Part shown: positions 63,983 through 64,000 of the stretch, in pieces
Numbering within the stretch: position 1 is the first letter of the stretch
How the letters are laid out: each line of letters starts with the position of its first letter
Origin: Octopus vulgaris
Lineage: Eukaryota
Assembly: GCA_951406725.2 (NCBI GenBank)
Contig: OX597817.1
Span: forward strand, 158,782,001 to 158,846,000
Length of the DNA: 64,000 nucleotides
Reading direction: 5' to 3'
Program-made: the position numbers and the translations under genes
Notes under the pieces: model-generated
What the model was told of the DNA's origin: nothing
The model's database searches: none
Seen by the model: only the letters and a program-made list of their open reading frames with translations

Positions 63983-64000
63983 TAATAAACAGATTGTTCC

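Overview
AT-rich, repeat-saturated eukaryotic (metazoan) non-coding DNA. The interspersed repeats resemble, from memory, octopus tRNA-derived SINEs and LINEs, so an octopod cephalopod source is inferred but not verified. No intact host protein-coding ORF, rRNA, true tRNA or CRISPR array is supportable. The long 60.4-62.2 kb ORFs come from a stop-free 26-bp minisatellite. The window is mostly SINEs, RTE/CR1/CRE LINE relics, piggyBac/hAT/mariner/pogo MITEs, non-autonomous Helitrons and (TA)n/(CA)n/(CAT)n microsatellites. A CpG-retaining zone (~27-38 kb) with candidate divergent first exons suggests a bidirectional promoter flanked by two long introns. Main leads: (1) several sequence-unrelated type I hammerhead-ribozyme folds on the + strand (47.0, 48.0, 50.8, 55.1 kb), two capping long rod-like hairpins; (2) a tandemly repeated compact H-type pseudoknot motif in an RTE 3' region that also seeded the 1.76-kb minisatellite; (3) a CRE-clade restriction-like endonuclease relic enclosed by long inverted repeats; (4) a dense cluster of fold-back structures at 41.8-47.7 kb. 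Everything was read by eye; boundaries are approximate and no searches or folding programs were run.
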